Assembly (NCBI RefSeq): GCF_036321535.1
Contig: NC_087436.1
Location: forward strand, 81,904,001 to 81,968,000
Direction: 5' to 3'
Length of the DNA: 64,000 nucleotides
Source of the DNA: Camelus dromedarius
Taxonomy: Eukaryota
Shown in pieces: positions 39,750 to 53,192 of the stretch (the stretch's first letter is position 1; the number at the start of each line of letters is the position of its first letter). The notes under the pieces were generated by a model that did no database searches, was not told the origin of the DNA, and saw nothing but the letters and a program-made list of their open reading frames with translations. The position numbers and the translations under genes are program-made.

Positions 39750-40360
39750 GCAACTTTAACCTCCAAAATATTTCTTCATTCCATCCCAATCTCTCAATTC
39801 CTTCTGTTGCCCATGGACTGTGGAAATAGCTTTCTAAATTGATCTCTCAGCCATAATTTGTCCTCCATTTCTCACCATGCAAATCTGAATACATTTCTTC
39901 TCTGCCTTCAGCCATTTAATAACTTTTCATCAGCTGAACAGGATAAAATTCAGTCTCCTCAGATTATGGTATTTAAGGCTTTCCATTATCATATCTCTCC
40001 AGTTTCATCCTTTAGCATTTCCCATCTCTTATGTCACTACAACACCATGTGTCCTCCACCCCTTCCCCTTCCCTCCTTACAGTCCATTTTATATTTATAT
40101 ATGCTTTTACTCATGAAGGTTCCTGCCTTAAGACTGCCAAAGCTTTCAGGCATTGCCTGCTTCAAGAAGCTTTCTCTCATCATCTACTTCAGGATGATGG
40201 CCTGTATTTTTCATTGCAATTGTTCATTCTGAGGAGCTTGTTTCTCCTATAGACATCAGAAATTTGACCTGGTCTAATTCATGGCTATATCCTTAGCATC
40301 TATCACTACTCCTGACATAATAGATCCTTAGTAAGTGTTTGATAACATAAACTGAATATT
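39750..40360 (+). mobile_element. L2 3' fragment
   Basis: acaggataaaattcagtctcct...tttaaggctttcc...tatccttagcatctatcactactcctgacataatagatccttagtaagtgtttg. Confidence 0.6.
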
Positions 40361-42501
40361 GCAACATGGCTATTAATATTAAACGTTTAATATAGTCAAT
40401 GGTGCTATTTCAGGTATGCAATACAATATTCTCTGATAAATTGTACTATATAGTGAGGCAAAAATCCCATCTCCTTCTGCTCTGTTTGGCCCAACTTTAA
40501 GAGAAAATCACATACTTATCAGTCACAGCCTGACCAACCAACAGCAAATACAGTTGATTTCCTTTAGAACTCTGTACTGTTTGAAAGTTGTAGAAGGGAT
40601 GGTTGACTTCATAACAGTAAAGGAGGATGCTAGAAGTGGTACAGCTGGCCCAGATCTGTGGCCACTGCGTCACACAAGGCCCTCATGGAAGGAATAGGGG
40701 ACTGTCCACTCTTGTTGCAATCCCTACTCTGCACAGATATTACATTCTGTAATTTATAGTTCACAGAGTATGTCTCCATATATCCTTCCTTATTTATATA
40801 TATTCATACTTGCATGAGGTCTCTTCTTCCTGGTTAAAAATTTTATTGATCGTGTCTAGCTTTCGAGGGACTTTAGAATATATTCTATTCATGTATCATG
40901 CAGCATGGTGTAATGTAGAATTCACTGGTCTCTAGTGAACATACAAAAGGTACAGTCTCTCATCTCCAGAAATTAAATAACCCCCTGAAAAGAAAGCACA
41001 GAGAAAAATGCTTCACACACAAATACATAATGTTACTACTTTACTTGAAATACTCTGCTGTATTTCAAGATTGAAGTATTTTGTTAGGCCCTGTAACCAT
41101 AAAAATGCAGGGTTTTAAACTTTTTTTTTATAGTTCTGAGTTACAAAACAAGTCATTTTAGCACATTTCTCTTTGAAACTCTTATCTGTAATTTAGGTCA
41201 TGTATTAAAGGTAAAGAAATGCCAAGCTCAAAGTGGTGATTTAATTTCTGATGTTGTAACTGCCTAAGTCTCAGTTTCTTCATGTTACTTGTCTGAGCTT
41301 GAGTATGTGTCACTTGTAAATGGTGTTTTTAGATTGCAGTTTGTGCTGGCTTAGATTCATTTTCATGTGAAGATTGTAGATTTGAACGTTTCATCCAAAA
41401 TAGCCTTATGTAAGCGCGGAATATGCGGGTCTTCATAATCCTCTAGACATTAGAAATACAGTGTCCATGATCGCGTGCCACAGATTTACATGTTCAAAGT
41501 GTTAAATGTGTTAAGTGTTGGTGGAAATTGTGACTCTAAATTGTCAAGAATTTATGACAAAACTCGCGCCTATTGAAAAGCTGCTTTTTAATGTTGCTAT
41601 TTAAGTGGAGTTTATATCTTAGTAGAATTGGAGTGAATTTTGTTTAGAGGATCAGATTACAGTTAAAGGGTAATCAAATATTTGTCAGACTTTTATACCT
41701 TGTATTCTAACCAAAAATTAGTATACTCTTAATTATGGTAAGATAATACTAGAAATTAAAAGATTATATTTAATTGTCAGAGCGTGTGTGATTACAGAGT
41801 CTCTATGACTAGACTTCTCTCCAGATGTGAATATTTTAAACCATTCTTCTTTAGTCCCTATTCTTCTCATTCTCTCACCACTATTCCACAAAATGCTTTT
41901 TTAGAGAGACTATATTCCTGTGTGTTTTATATGTTTATATACATGTATTCAGTTTGGTGCTGCTTTCCTGGTGACATGTATCCAGGCTAATTTCACTCTC
42001 CCACTTTTTCTTTTGCACTCACTAGTGTTTCTACAGTAAGATTCTTAACTACAACTTCATTTTCCACATCTAAAAACTAAGTACTTACAGGAAGTCAAAG
42101 AGAAGAACATCATCCAGTGAAATGAGGAGTAATCCTGAATGAACTCTAGTGCACTGATTTATATAACGTAGGTTTCATTTAAGTATTTGCTAGCTGAGAA
42201 AAGAAATTTGCAAAGCAGCAAGTTAGATACTGAGTCTAATTTTATCCCACAAAAGGCAAATAAATTCAGTTTTACAGTTGTAAAGTGACAGCTTAAAATT
42301 TTGCGATTACAATTTTAACATTGCAATGAAAGTGGCCACATGTGTATTTTGTAAAATGTGTATTTGAGTATTCTTAACAGATCCATTGCACATGATTCAA
42401 GAATTTTGGCATTCAAAAAACTTTGTAATATTCTATAAATACTTAGGAGCATCTCTTTGTTTAAAAAAAAGTTTAATACTTTCTAATTAAAATAATAATC
42501 A

Positions 42502-42705
42502 GCAAAGGTTAATCACTATATATAAAAATAGATGAAAAACAAATTTCTTCTGCATAGCACAGAGAACTATATTCAATATCTTATAATAACCTTTAATGAA
42601 AAGAATATGAAAGCGAATATGTGTACATATATATATGCATGACTGGGACATTATGCGTACACCAGAAATTGGCACATTGTAAGTGACTATACTTCAATTA
42701 AAAAG
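42502..42705 (+). mobile_element. Young L1 3'-UTR fragment
   Basis: actatatataaaaatagatg...gcacagagaactatattcaatatc...gactatacttcaattaaaaa; reverse-complement homologue of 3580-3755. Confidence 0.85.
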
Positions 42706-45700
42706 TAGAAGAAAATACAGCAATCATTAGGTTTTGTTGATGCTGAGAGATGGATATATATGAAGGCTTACTGTACTCTCTGTTTTTGTATCTAGAAGTT
42801 TGTGTAATAAAAAGTTGTGTGTGTTTTTAATCACTCAGTTAATACCACATTCCTGGGATCTGGACCAAATCTAAAGTGCTAGTATTATACATAAACATAG
42901 AATGAAACACATCTCTGTTGCCTAGATGCTCCAAAACAAAAAGCTGTTAGTAATGTTAGGACACCTTGTAAAAAATTAGGGATTACCCTTCTTTTGCAGA
43001 CCAAAACAGGGGGAGAAAGTCACTGTATCTAGTTAGTGCCTTTTATATAGGTCATCTCAGAAAGTCAAGAAGTATTTCTGCTGAAATGATCTGTCAGCAT
43101 GGAAAATGTGCCTCTCCATGTATACCAATGCAGATGCTCTTGATAAAGGACATGTGTTTTTATAATAATTCCTGAAACTGTTATATGTATTATTTAATTC
43201 AGAAATGGAAAGCTTACAAGGGCTTGTAAGCACAACTGAGTAGTAAATTTTGGCTGAGAACTTTAATCCGATTATAACCTTCTTATAAGCATGTCTGAGT
43301 AGTAGATATTGCCTGGGAACTTTAATCTGGTAATACTGCCATGCCATCACATGAAAGGAACATAGCTAACATTTTAAAAGATACATTCTGGGAAATCAAG
43401 CTCACAAAAGAGTTCCACCACTTTAATTAACATAGACACCCCATCTCTACCCCAGTCTAGAAGGAAAAAAACAGTCTTCCTACCCCCTAACTGCCCTGCC
43501 AGACTAGTCATCCAGTTCAACTTTCCAAAGTGCTTGTGCCCTATTAACTCTAAAATGGTAAAGCGTCACGAGGCAGTGTCCTCCCTCCCCCCAGGTGTGG
43601 TACTGAGAGCATTTACAGACCAGTAGTTCATCAAGGGAAGATGATTTATTGTTATATTTTTAAGAGGGGTTGTCAAAGTTACATTAATTTGTTTTAAGGG
43701 ACCCAAGGATTGAAAGAAGTTTACTAGTGTTGTCAGAGTAAAGGAAACAAAATATAGGCAAGCAAAAGACAGGGAATATGGACTTGTGAAATAATATATA
43801 AGCAGTTAGAAAGCACCACCAAAGAGTGGAAATTAAAGTTAAAATGTATTTACTGTCTTACAGCCACTTTGCAGAAATAGCTATGAAATAGTTTCATGGG
43901 GTGTGAAATTGTTACTGCGTGGCATAACATCCAAGTGACTGAAGTTCTGTATCTACTAAATAGGTTTATTGCAACTTCCGACTTTTCTTCGGGAGGTAGA
44001 ACCATATTACCTCCATATGTTTGTGTCTTCTCCTTGGCCTTGATGGTTTTACTGTCCTGTACGTTACAATGCCAAGTTTGTCGTTTGGTGAAGTTACCTT
44101 GGGAAAACCCCTCTAAACTTTAGCATGAAGGTTCGATACAATAAAACAAAAAGTTCTTTGGTGCCCCTAGAAAATAGCAGTTCTTACATAACCACTTAAC
44201 CGTGTTCATTAAATTTAAATAGTACTACATAAAACTGTTGTTTGATGTCTTCTACAATCCTTTCAAATCACATTCATCTTAAACCAGGGGAGTTTTTAAA
44301 AATTATTTTACCATGAGACATCCCTGTGGTAGAATGGAATCTTTTTTTTTTTTAAGTGCTGGTAAATACTTGGATTTTCAGTTCCAAAACTTTTAATTAA
44401 TCATAGTGTTATGTGATAACTCATGTTCACTGTATACAAAGCTGGACAAAACAGGAGTCTGCTGTATTATGTCTACTTCTCCAGGTAAACACTGTTAGAA
44501 GAACGGTATGTAATTGCCTCTCTGTCAAGTCCATGGCCAGTCATTTATCCTTGTGCTTCTCCCAGTGTGACTCCTGTCCTTCATCTCAGCATGACCTCCC
44601 AGTTTTTCCAGCCCATCATTTCTGTCCTAGTTCCACAAGCCTGTTTTCTGTGTTGCTATTTAGCTATTTCTTTCATTCATTCATTCATTCATCTCTTTTT
44701 CTTTTAACAATCTCTATTAAGTGCCTTCTAGCACAAGGGAATAATTCATTTTGTCCTCAAGTTTGGAAACTAGTGAAAAAGAAACCCTTATATACCTCGA
44801 CAGTCTGCCACCAGACATCCCATGTCACTCCTCCAGTCTAGGTATTTCCCATGGTCTGCTTTCTCTAGTGCCAAGAAAAAGCCACAGAACCATTCTGATT
44901 GGCTCTAGTAAAATACATACATTCTAGTCTAATCTAAACTCTCATGGTTACATAAAAGCTTTCATGTGTTTTTTGCTGACTCTTCTCGTATTCTTCACAG
45001 CAGAATTTCTTTACTCTTCTAAGAAAGTGATTTACTTTTTATTACCAGGAGTACAGCAACTTTCTGATATGAGTATCTTGGGATTCCCTCTGTATTTTCA
45101 CTTTTTCCTTTGTTCATCACTTCTGTCTCTTAAGAAAGTTTCTTCCTCCTTGCCAAATTAACCATCCCATGTATGTTGGGTTTTTTCCATCTCCTCTTGC
45201 TTCCATCACATTTTTTATCAGTTTTCCCCACTATCATTTGCAATCTCCTCCAGTCTACAGGCTTATTATCCACTGCCTAAAATCATTCTCAGACATTCCA
45301 CCCTGCCCAAAAGACCCTGATAACTCATTTAGTCTACTTTAAGAAAAAATCTTTTTCCTTTCTCAAACCCTCAAACTTCTTGAAAGAATACTGTTACTCA
45401 TTATCTCTATTTCCTACCATCTAGTCTGATTTGGCCTGTGACCTGTCTGAACAATGAAGGTCATCAGTGACCCTTGTGCATCACTTGTATTCATCTTTTC
45501 ACTCATTTCATATTCATTCAGAAAATATTTTGTGCTTGCTATGCATCAGACACTTGCCACATACTCGAGGTACATCTAAAAAAGACACAGTCCTTTTTGT
45601 CAGAGTTTATTGTTTAGGTAGAGGAAACAAGTGGAGAGAGAACTATTAGACCGTGGAAGACTCACAGTTAGTTAAGCATAGACAATATGAAAATAAAAGA

Positions 45701-46639
45701 AGCAGTGCCTTCCTCAGCCTTTAGGTAATCACGAACGCTTTGGTGGACATGAAAGTTTGTTTGTTTTCCTTTAAGGCTTCTCTTAAAGGGAAAAGAAAAA
45801 ATATTCTAAAGAAAAGGGAGGAACAGCATTCCTAGCAGGGAGAGTATCTCAGGAAAGAATCTAAACGTTAATATGCCTTTAGTTATCTGTAAATCCAGTT
45901 ACATGAGTGCAGAATTGGTCTGGAGAAGTGGATGGTGTTGGTGTCATGGAACAAAGGTTCTACTTGGATTGAGTTTTTAAAGTTCTGTTTCAATGTTTGT
46001 GTATCCATGTGGTTTGGGGGGGGTGGGGAAGAGAGTTCTGTACTTTTCATCTGATTTTAACAAGTAAGAATCTATGACTTCACACTATGGAGAGCCATTG
46101 CTATAAATGCAGTCAGGAACCAGCTTGTGAAAGGCTTTGAATACTAAGCTAAGGAGATTCTAAACTGTATCTTGAAGATTCTAGTTTAAGAAATACAGCA
46201 TGATGCTCAGATTTTCATTTCTGGGAAGTCTACTCTCTGTGATGTGAACTGAGATGAGCAAGACTGCAGAAAGGGGAATCTGGGACACGTGAAATAGTCC
46301 AGATGTGAGGTAAATAGTCATCTGTGATAGCGATCGTGAGCACTAAGAAGGGGTGAGTCAGAAACGTTGAGAAGGTAGAATTTAGACTTTAGTGGGGTTC
46401 TGCCCCCCTTGTGCAGAGCACGCACTGCCCAACCCTACACAGTCCCTCACCCCCCACTCCCAGTGCTTGCTCATCTCATTCTGGTGGAACTAAGTGTTCA
46501 GCTTAAGTATTTTGTACTTCTGCATTTTAAATTATTTGAGCTTGGGACTGTGTCTTTGGATTTTCCATCCCTATTATAGCACCTAACAGAATTACACAGA
46601 GTAAGCATTCAAAAACTGCTTGTTAAGGATGATGTTTTA

Positions 46640-46810
46640 TAGCAACCACTCTGTTCTAAGAGCTTTGCATACGTTAATTCATTTAATTCTCAGAACAAGC
46701 CTATGAGATGCACACTATTGTTACCTTCCTAAAGTCATGCACCTAGCAGGTAGCGGAGCTGAAATTCAAACCCAGGCAATCTGGCTTCAGAGTCTAAGCT
46801 CTTAACCAGT
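46640..46810 (-). mobile_element. MIR SINE
   Basis: aattcatttaattctcagaacaagcctatgag...ggagctgaaattcaaacccaggcaatctggcttcagagtc. Confidence 0.75.
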
Positions 46811-46985
46811 ATGCCAAACCACTTCAAAATTGTAGTCACATTTCTGAATACCATCCAGCAATTAGTAAATTTAAAGCAATATATAAAATGTCCTCATCTC
46901 ACGGGAATAAATATAACATTTGATTTGATTTGTGTGGAACAGCTAATGACTTTGTTTTCTAATGTTTTTGTTTTAATCCTTCTAG

Positions 46986-47081
46986 AACCAGTTCGAAGGT
47001 ACAAAGCTTACCACAGTGACATCTTCAGTACCTCCAGTGAAAGTCCATCTATTATTTCCTCTGAATCAGATTTCAGACAAG
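46986..47081 (+). CDS. PTPN13: PTPN13 exon 8 (96 nt)
   Basis: tctag|AACCA...CAAG|gtgaga; (E)PVRRYKAYHSDIFSTSSESPSIISSESDFRQ(V); phase 1-1. Confidence 0.95.
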
Positions 47082-47475
47082 GTGAGAGGCACTCAGACAA
47101 GCAAAATGGTCTTAAGAAACCGTGATTGCTCTTCTCTTCTGGTAGTGTTGAGATATAAGATGTCAAAGGAATAATTCCACAGAAGATTTTAAAATTATAA
47201 AAAGTTGCCAGTTAACCATTTTAATAGTTTTATAGGAGCTTAATAGCAGTTTTATCAAACAGCAGTATAGTCATTTTCATAACAGAGGGAATAATTCATT
47301 GTTTTCAAAAATAACATGACTTACCTCTAAAGAGTTTAATGACATTCTGTCATTAATTTGGTTATATGAATATGATTTGTAAAACTTATCTTATGTATCT
47401 GCTAAATGCTTGAGTTTTAAATAAGATTACTTCATATTTTTATACTTGTGCTATTCCTTTTTCATTCACAATTAG

Positions 47476-47569
47476 TGAGAAAAAGTGAAGCTTCAAAGAG
47501 ATTTGAGTCCAACAGCGGCCTCCCAGGGGTAGATGAAAGCTCAGGTCAAGGCCAGTCACAGAGACCAAG
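47476..47569 (+). CDS. PTPN13: PTPN13 exon 9 (94 nt)
   Basis: attag|TGAGA...CCAAG|gtatgc; (V)RKSEASKRFESNSGLPGVDESSGQGQSQRP; phase 1 to 2. Confidence 0.93.
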
Positions 47570-50229
47570 GTATGCAACATGAAAAGATGATAATATATTT
47601 CCAGTGACAGGTTTTGTTTTCTTTGTGAGAATCAAGAATTTTTTTTTAATTATCCTCTTCCCTTTATTTTCTACATTTTTCTTTTCCTTTCCCTCCTCTT
47701 TACATTCTTACAAATCCATTCAATTATGTAAAAGGTTTTTGGAGTGGTTTGAGTTATTGGAATCCTTTAAATTTAGAACTGACTCTGATTATTTATAGTT
47801 TGTGCTTGGTTTTTAAAATTGTCAATCTGAATATAAAATAACTTATTAACAGTAAGCAAGTTCTGGAGGCATGGCATTAAACATCTGTGAGAAGATAGTA
47901 AACTTTGATTTCTCAGAGCAAGGTTGAATGGGTCCAACAAGCAGGCTTTCAGTGAGTATTATTTGTTGAATGAATAATTAGTAGGTTACTACTAAGTAAC
48001 CTATTATGTAAAAAGTTAATTTTTCACTACATCTTTCCTGGCTTAAAAGAGGTTATCTTGTACTTTTTTTAAAAGCCCAGTTTGGGCTGTCTAGAGTTCA
48101 TTTTCATACTAAAATCCTCAGCTTTCTTTTAAGGTGCTGGGTATTATTCTTAGGCTAGGGTTGGGATGGTGGTATTATAGCTATGGATTGATTTACTTGT
48201 TTGAACTGAAAAGTGTCAAATCAGCAGTGAATATATTGATGTGTATCTTTTCCATGTGTGCACAGGTCCCTTACATAAACAAAAGCACGTTGTCAATGTT
48301 AAGCATTAATTTGAAATTTGTAATGTGATAGTAAAGAACCAGAGGTTGCTTCAGACTTTACTCCCTTTTAAATTTGATATCTCACTTCATTTCAATTCAA
48401 GTGCCATTATATACAAAAGAATCATCTGGACAATAACAAAAACTTGCCCTTTAGCTAATTAATTCCGGCAGACACTGTTTCACACCCGTAAACTATTAAT
48501 AGACCAGGTAACCCTAGCCATGTGATTAAAGCAGACAGTTTATCCAGGGTTTAGACTCCAAGTAATTAAATACATTGCACTAAAATTATTCCTTAATGTT
48601 TGAATTTTTATTAAATTGATGTCTTTTCTCTTCTCCCTTGTTCCTTTTAATATAGTCCCTGATACTTTTCTTTGAGGAGCACTCTAATAAGAATTCATTT
48701 ACCTAAATTTCATTACCTTATATTTGCATAATAGCATTTTATATTACTATGACCCCATTCAGTAATCATAATTGTGATGACCCCATTTTGGTAATTTTGG
48801 CCAAAAAGGTAAGAGACAAAGACAGATCTGTGATTGATATTAACATGGTTCTGTTAAAGAAGTTAAAACTATCTGGGGATGACCAGCACTAAGAAACAAA
48901 TGTTGAGTTGCACTACGCTCTGTGTGGGACCGAGGAAGTCACTCTTCTCTACATGTGTAATTTGGAGAAAACATAAATTGTTACTGTGATGCCCTTTTAG
49001 CTTAACCAAAAGCAGGAGTAGAGAGAACAACTGGAACAGTTTCTGGGATTATGTGCTATAATTGATTGATTTTATAGTCAGTTTGCTAGTTATTTAAAAG
49101 CATATTCCTCCAAACAAAACTAAATCATTTTGTGAGTCTTATTTCAATTTTCTTGATAATATATGAAAAGTGTCAGAGTTATGACAGAATCTTAGTTTTG
49201 ACTGTTTATGGGTTCTATTTTAGGTAACATTAAGGCCTTAGCTCATCAAGTCGTGTTTTAGTATTAAGCTACCTTGTATTTCACACTTTCAGAGGGAAAA
49301 AAACACAACGTGGTATTCATGGCATCTGCATTAGATAAAGGTATAGGTGAAAGAAAAATACTTCAAGGAGAAGGAGGTTGTATTTGTTACATTTAATGTA
49401 AGATGCTAAACTCTGCTTCTTTTAGACTGTCCCATCTCTTTCCTGCCCAAGGAAAAACACATTAAAGTCTAAATTCCTTATTCAAGTGCAGAGTTTTCTG
49501 CATGTGGACAAAGGCTTCCGATAATATCCTTAACATGCTAGTACATAGTCAGGAGGTTCTGTTTGTTCTTTAGGTCGCATATTTGTGAGAGCTATAAATA
49601 GTTCTGTATTTAGACATGTTGCATGCTTCTTTATAAAAATTTCCATTCCCTTTAGCTAGAATGAAATGGAAAAATAGATCCAAACAGCGCTATTGATTTG
49701 TATCATAGCGGGTGGGGGGAAAGTAACAGGAAATTATGAGTCAGATACAGCAGAATGAGTAATTTTGGGATTTTGAGCTATCAAACATGTCTTTCAGTGA
49801 CCAAAAAAGATGTTCAAAGCTGTTTCCCAAGGAGCATCTCTAAGGTTTTTTTCTGTGTTAACTTTTGAAGTACAGTTTAGGTGCAATTCCCACGGTTTCT
49901 GTGCGTGTTTGCTTGATGAGGTGACCTTTTTCTCCTGACTCAAAAGAACCTATTTATTCATTCCTAAATCACCTAGATTTCTTTAGTTTTTTGTTTGTTT
50001 TGTTTTTGTTTTGTCTTTCAAAATTTTCAGTCTTCTACCAGATATAGTGTTGGGATAGATAAAGTGATAAACATTTTTGCTCCCTATTTGTAGCTCTGGT
50101 AATAAATGATTTGAACAGAAAGACTAATATATTTGATGAAAGCAGCAAATATGAGTTAAAATATATAGATTCAAATTCTTATCATTATCCTTGACCCCCA
50201 TTAAGTGAGAGGGAGCCATAAAATTATGT

Positions 50230-52990
50230 TCAATCATTCACTCAACAAATGTTTATTGAGTACCTACCGTGTACTGGGTACCTCTAGGTACTGGGACTTT
50301 ATCGGGCTGAGGGATAGCCACTAAGTCACTAAAAACCGAGTAAGTAATGCGCCATCAGTTAGTGACGGTGCTTTGAGGAAAAATGAAGCAGGAATAGAGA
50401 AGGAACAGAGACTACAGGGCTGGGACGTCCAAGTTCTGTCTTACATAGGGAGGGTGATCAGAGAGGGCTTCTCTCCCAAGGGATGACATTGGAACAGAAA
50501 ACTCTTTGAAATGAGGAAGTAAAATGTCGAGATATCAGGGGGAAGAGGGTTCCAGTCAAAAGGAACAGCAAGTGCAGAGGCCCTGAGGTGTGGGAGATGT
50601 GTGGCACGTTGAGGAATGGCAGGAAAGGCCATGTGGCTGCAGCAGAGTGAGGGAAAGGCAGAGTGGATGGTAACCAGGACCCAAATCATGTCAGACCTGG
50701 GAAGCTAACGGGAGCACTTTGGATGTTCTAAGTATAATGGGAAGCCATTGGATGAAAGCGTACGGAGCCATGATCTGATTTAAATTGTAATGGGATTACT
50801 CTGACCTGTTCTGAGAAGAACAGATTACAGGAGTAAAAGACCAGTGAGGAGGCAATGACACTCCTCCATTTGAGATGCATGCAGCACAGACTAGGTTGCT
50901 AGTGGCAGAGAAGGGTCAGATATAGACATCTTCAAGGTTGTGCCTTCAGGATTTGCTGCTTGTTCAGATATGGCATTTGTAAGAAAGAGGAGTCAAGAAT
51001 GACTCTAAGTTGTGTCCTAAGCAACTGGTGAGTGATTGAGAAAAAGTTGGATATAAGGAGAAAGCATCAAGAATTTGGTTTTAGACATGTTAGGCTAAAG
51101 ATGCGTATTAAGACCCACGTATAACACTCACCTAGGCAGGTGAGTAGATTTAGAATTCGGAGAGAGCCTGGAGTTATAGGCATACATAAGACAGTTAAGG
51201 TCATGTGACTACATGAGATCAGGTATGTATGAAGTGTATATGGAGACTAGAAAAATCTGGAGGTCTGTGCACTGTTATAGTCTCACATTAGGAGATTAGA
51301 CATGAAGCAGGACCCCACAAAAGAGATTAAGAAAGAGGAGCCAGTGAAATAGAAGGAAAATAAAAAGAGCATGGTTTCCCAGAAGTCAGATGTTCCAAGA
51401 AGAGGAGGGATTGAGCAGCTATGTTATGTGATGCTTAGTGATCAAGTAAAATGAAAATTGAGAATTATCCTTTAGCTTTGATAAAAACACAGAGAGCAGT
51501 CATTTTTGTGATCAGTGTTGGTAGAATAGTAGGGACTCACACTATTGATCTGAGTCCAAGAGCAGTGAGAGAGGAAGTGGAGATAAAATTTAAATGACAG
51601 TTTTAAAGAGATTTACTCTAAAAGACAACAGAAAAAATGGGATAGAATCTGAAAGGAAGTGTGGAACCAAAGGAGGATTTTTGTTGTTGTTGTTCTAAGT
51701 AGAAAATAGTACAGCGTGTCTCTATGCTAATGAGAAAAACCCAGTGTATAAGCTTCTTGATGCATGTGAGAGGGTAATTGCAGGAGCGAAGTCTTTGGGC
51801 AGGGAGAGCAGTGGAATCTCCATGCATACTGGAGGTTTGCGGCCTGGGTGAGTGTGCAGAGGTGTAACAGAAGAGACAGCAGAACATATGGATGTAGATT
51901 TGGGAAGTCTGGTAGCAGAAGGATAAGGAAGTTATTTCCTGATTACTTCTTATTTCACCAAGAAAACTGAGGAAGAGTCATCAGTTGTGAGAGGACAAGG
52001 GAGAAAGTACTGGAATTTTGAATAAAATAGATAAACAACAAGATTCTTCTGTACAGCACAGGGAACTATATTCAATATCTTGTAGTAATCTATAATGAAA
52101 AAGAACATGAAAAGGAATATATATATATGTATATGTATGACTGAACTAATATGCTGTAGACCAGAAATTGATGCAACATTGTAAACTGAGTATACTTCAG
52201 TTTAAAAAAAAAAAAAAAGTATGGGAGCTTTGAAAGGAAAAGAGAAGGAGGAAAATATAAAATAGTTCTCTTAAGAAAATGAATCACCAGGCAGTGTTGA
52301 GAGCTCAGTGGGGTCAGTCAGCATGGTTCTGCAGTTTCATGAGAGTAGAGGTTGAATGCAAAAGAGTGATTTTAACGATGGCCCTTAGAATTCAAGCAAT
52401 GTTAAGGCAAGAGAGGATTAACAGAGAGCAAGTGGTCAGGTCAGTGGATTAAAATTCCTGATAGAGTCGATGAATTATTTGAAGGAGAGTGTTAGAGGAA
52501 GTGAGCTAGAAAAAAACAAAGAGATTAGATGGAGAGGGTGTTGGACAATAGAAATAAGACATTTTAGAGGTGGTGCAGTTATTGCTAATAGCCAGCATGA
52601 CCCTTGGAGTCGATTGCCAGCCGAGGCAGAGGAGGCCAGAGTGTTGGAGGACCCCTCAGTCCCTGTAACACCACCATGAATGATGACAGCAGTAGTGGTG
52701 GAGGAGGCTGAGTCAGACACTTAAATCTTGAATGAATAAGGGGAAATTGACCAATAGGACAATGTCTAGAACAAAGCAGAGCAGTGGATGGTATGGTTTT
52801 ATAGCATGCACTTCAGGGAAGCTGGGGCTAGTGGAGGAGGGGTCAGTAATGATCTGGAAGCTGAAGTAAAAATTAAGGGGAGTCTGTATTGCTTGTCCAG
52901 GCCCATGGGTGCAGGATTATGAGAATAGAACAGCCCTTATCTGAGAGAACTGTGGGGGGAGCAGTTTTCAGAAGATGCTGAAATGTTCAG
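50230..52990 (-). mobile_element. Long L2 LINE (L2a-like) carrying a nested young L1 fragment
   Basis: Starts tcattcactcaacaaatgtttattgagtacctac (L2 3' tail) and continues with aggaacagcaagtgcagaggccctgagg...gaggagtcaagaatgactc...tttggttttagacatgtt. Confidence 0.8.
52021..52218 (+). mobile_element. Young L1 3'-UTR fragment nested in L2
   Basis: aaaatagataaacaacaag...gcacagggaactatattcaatatc...tatacttcagttt plus poly-A; possible decayed TSD aaagtactggaattttga/aaagtatgggagctttga. Confidence 0.85.
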
Positions 52991-53192
52991 AGAAGAGGTG
53001 AAAGATATAAATCTAACTACTGAAAACAGGACACCCCACTATAAACATATTAACAGTAGCACTGAAATGTTACTGCAAGGGTTCTTCTGAGATGAAAAAA
53101 GGAAATCTGTTAAAAACCTAACCAGGTTTTTTCTTGATTAGACTTAAAATAATTGTTTTCTTCCCAACCCTCTTTTCTTTTCTGTATGGCAG

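Noticed and set aside
40376..40393. 18-bp perfect palindrome ATATTAAACGTTTAATAT
   Set aside because: Roughly one 9-bp-arm palindrome is expected by chance in 64 kb of AT-rich DNA.
48656..48808. 153-nt cryptic exon (tatag|...AAG|gtaaga) in intron 9
   Set aside because: Immediate in-frame TGA, AT-rich body with no coding character; indistinguishable from ordinary pseudo-exons.
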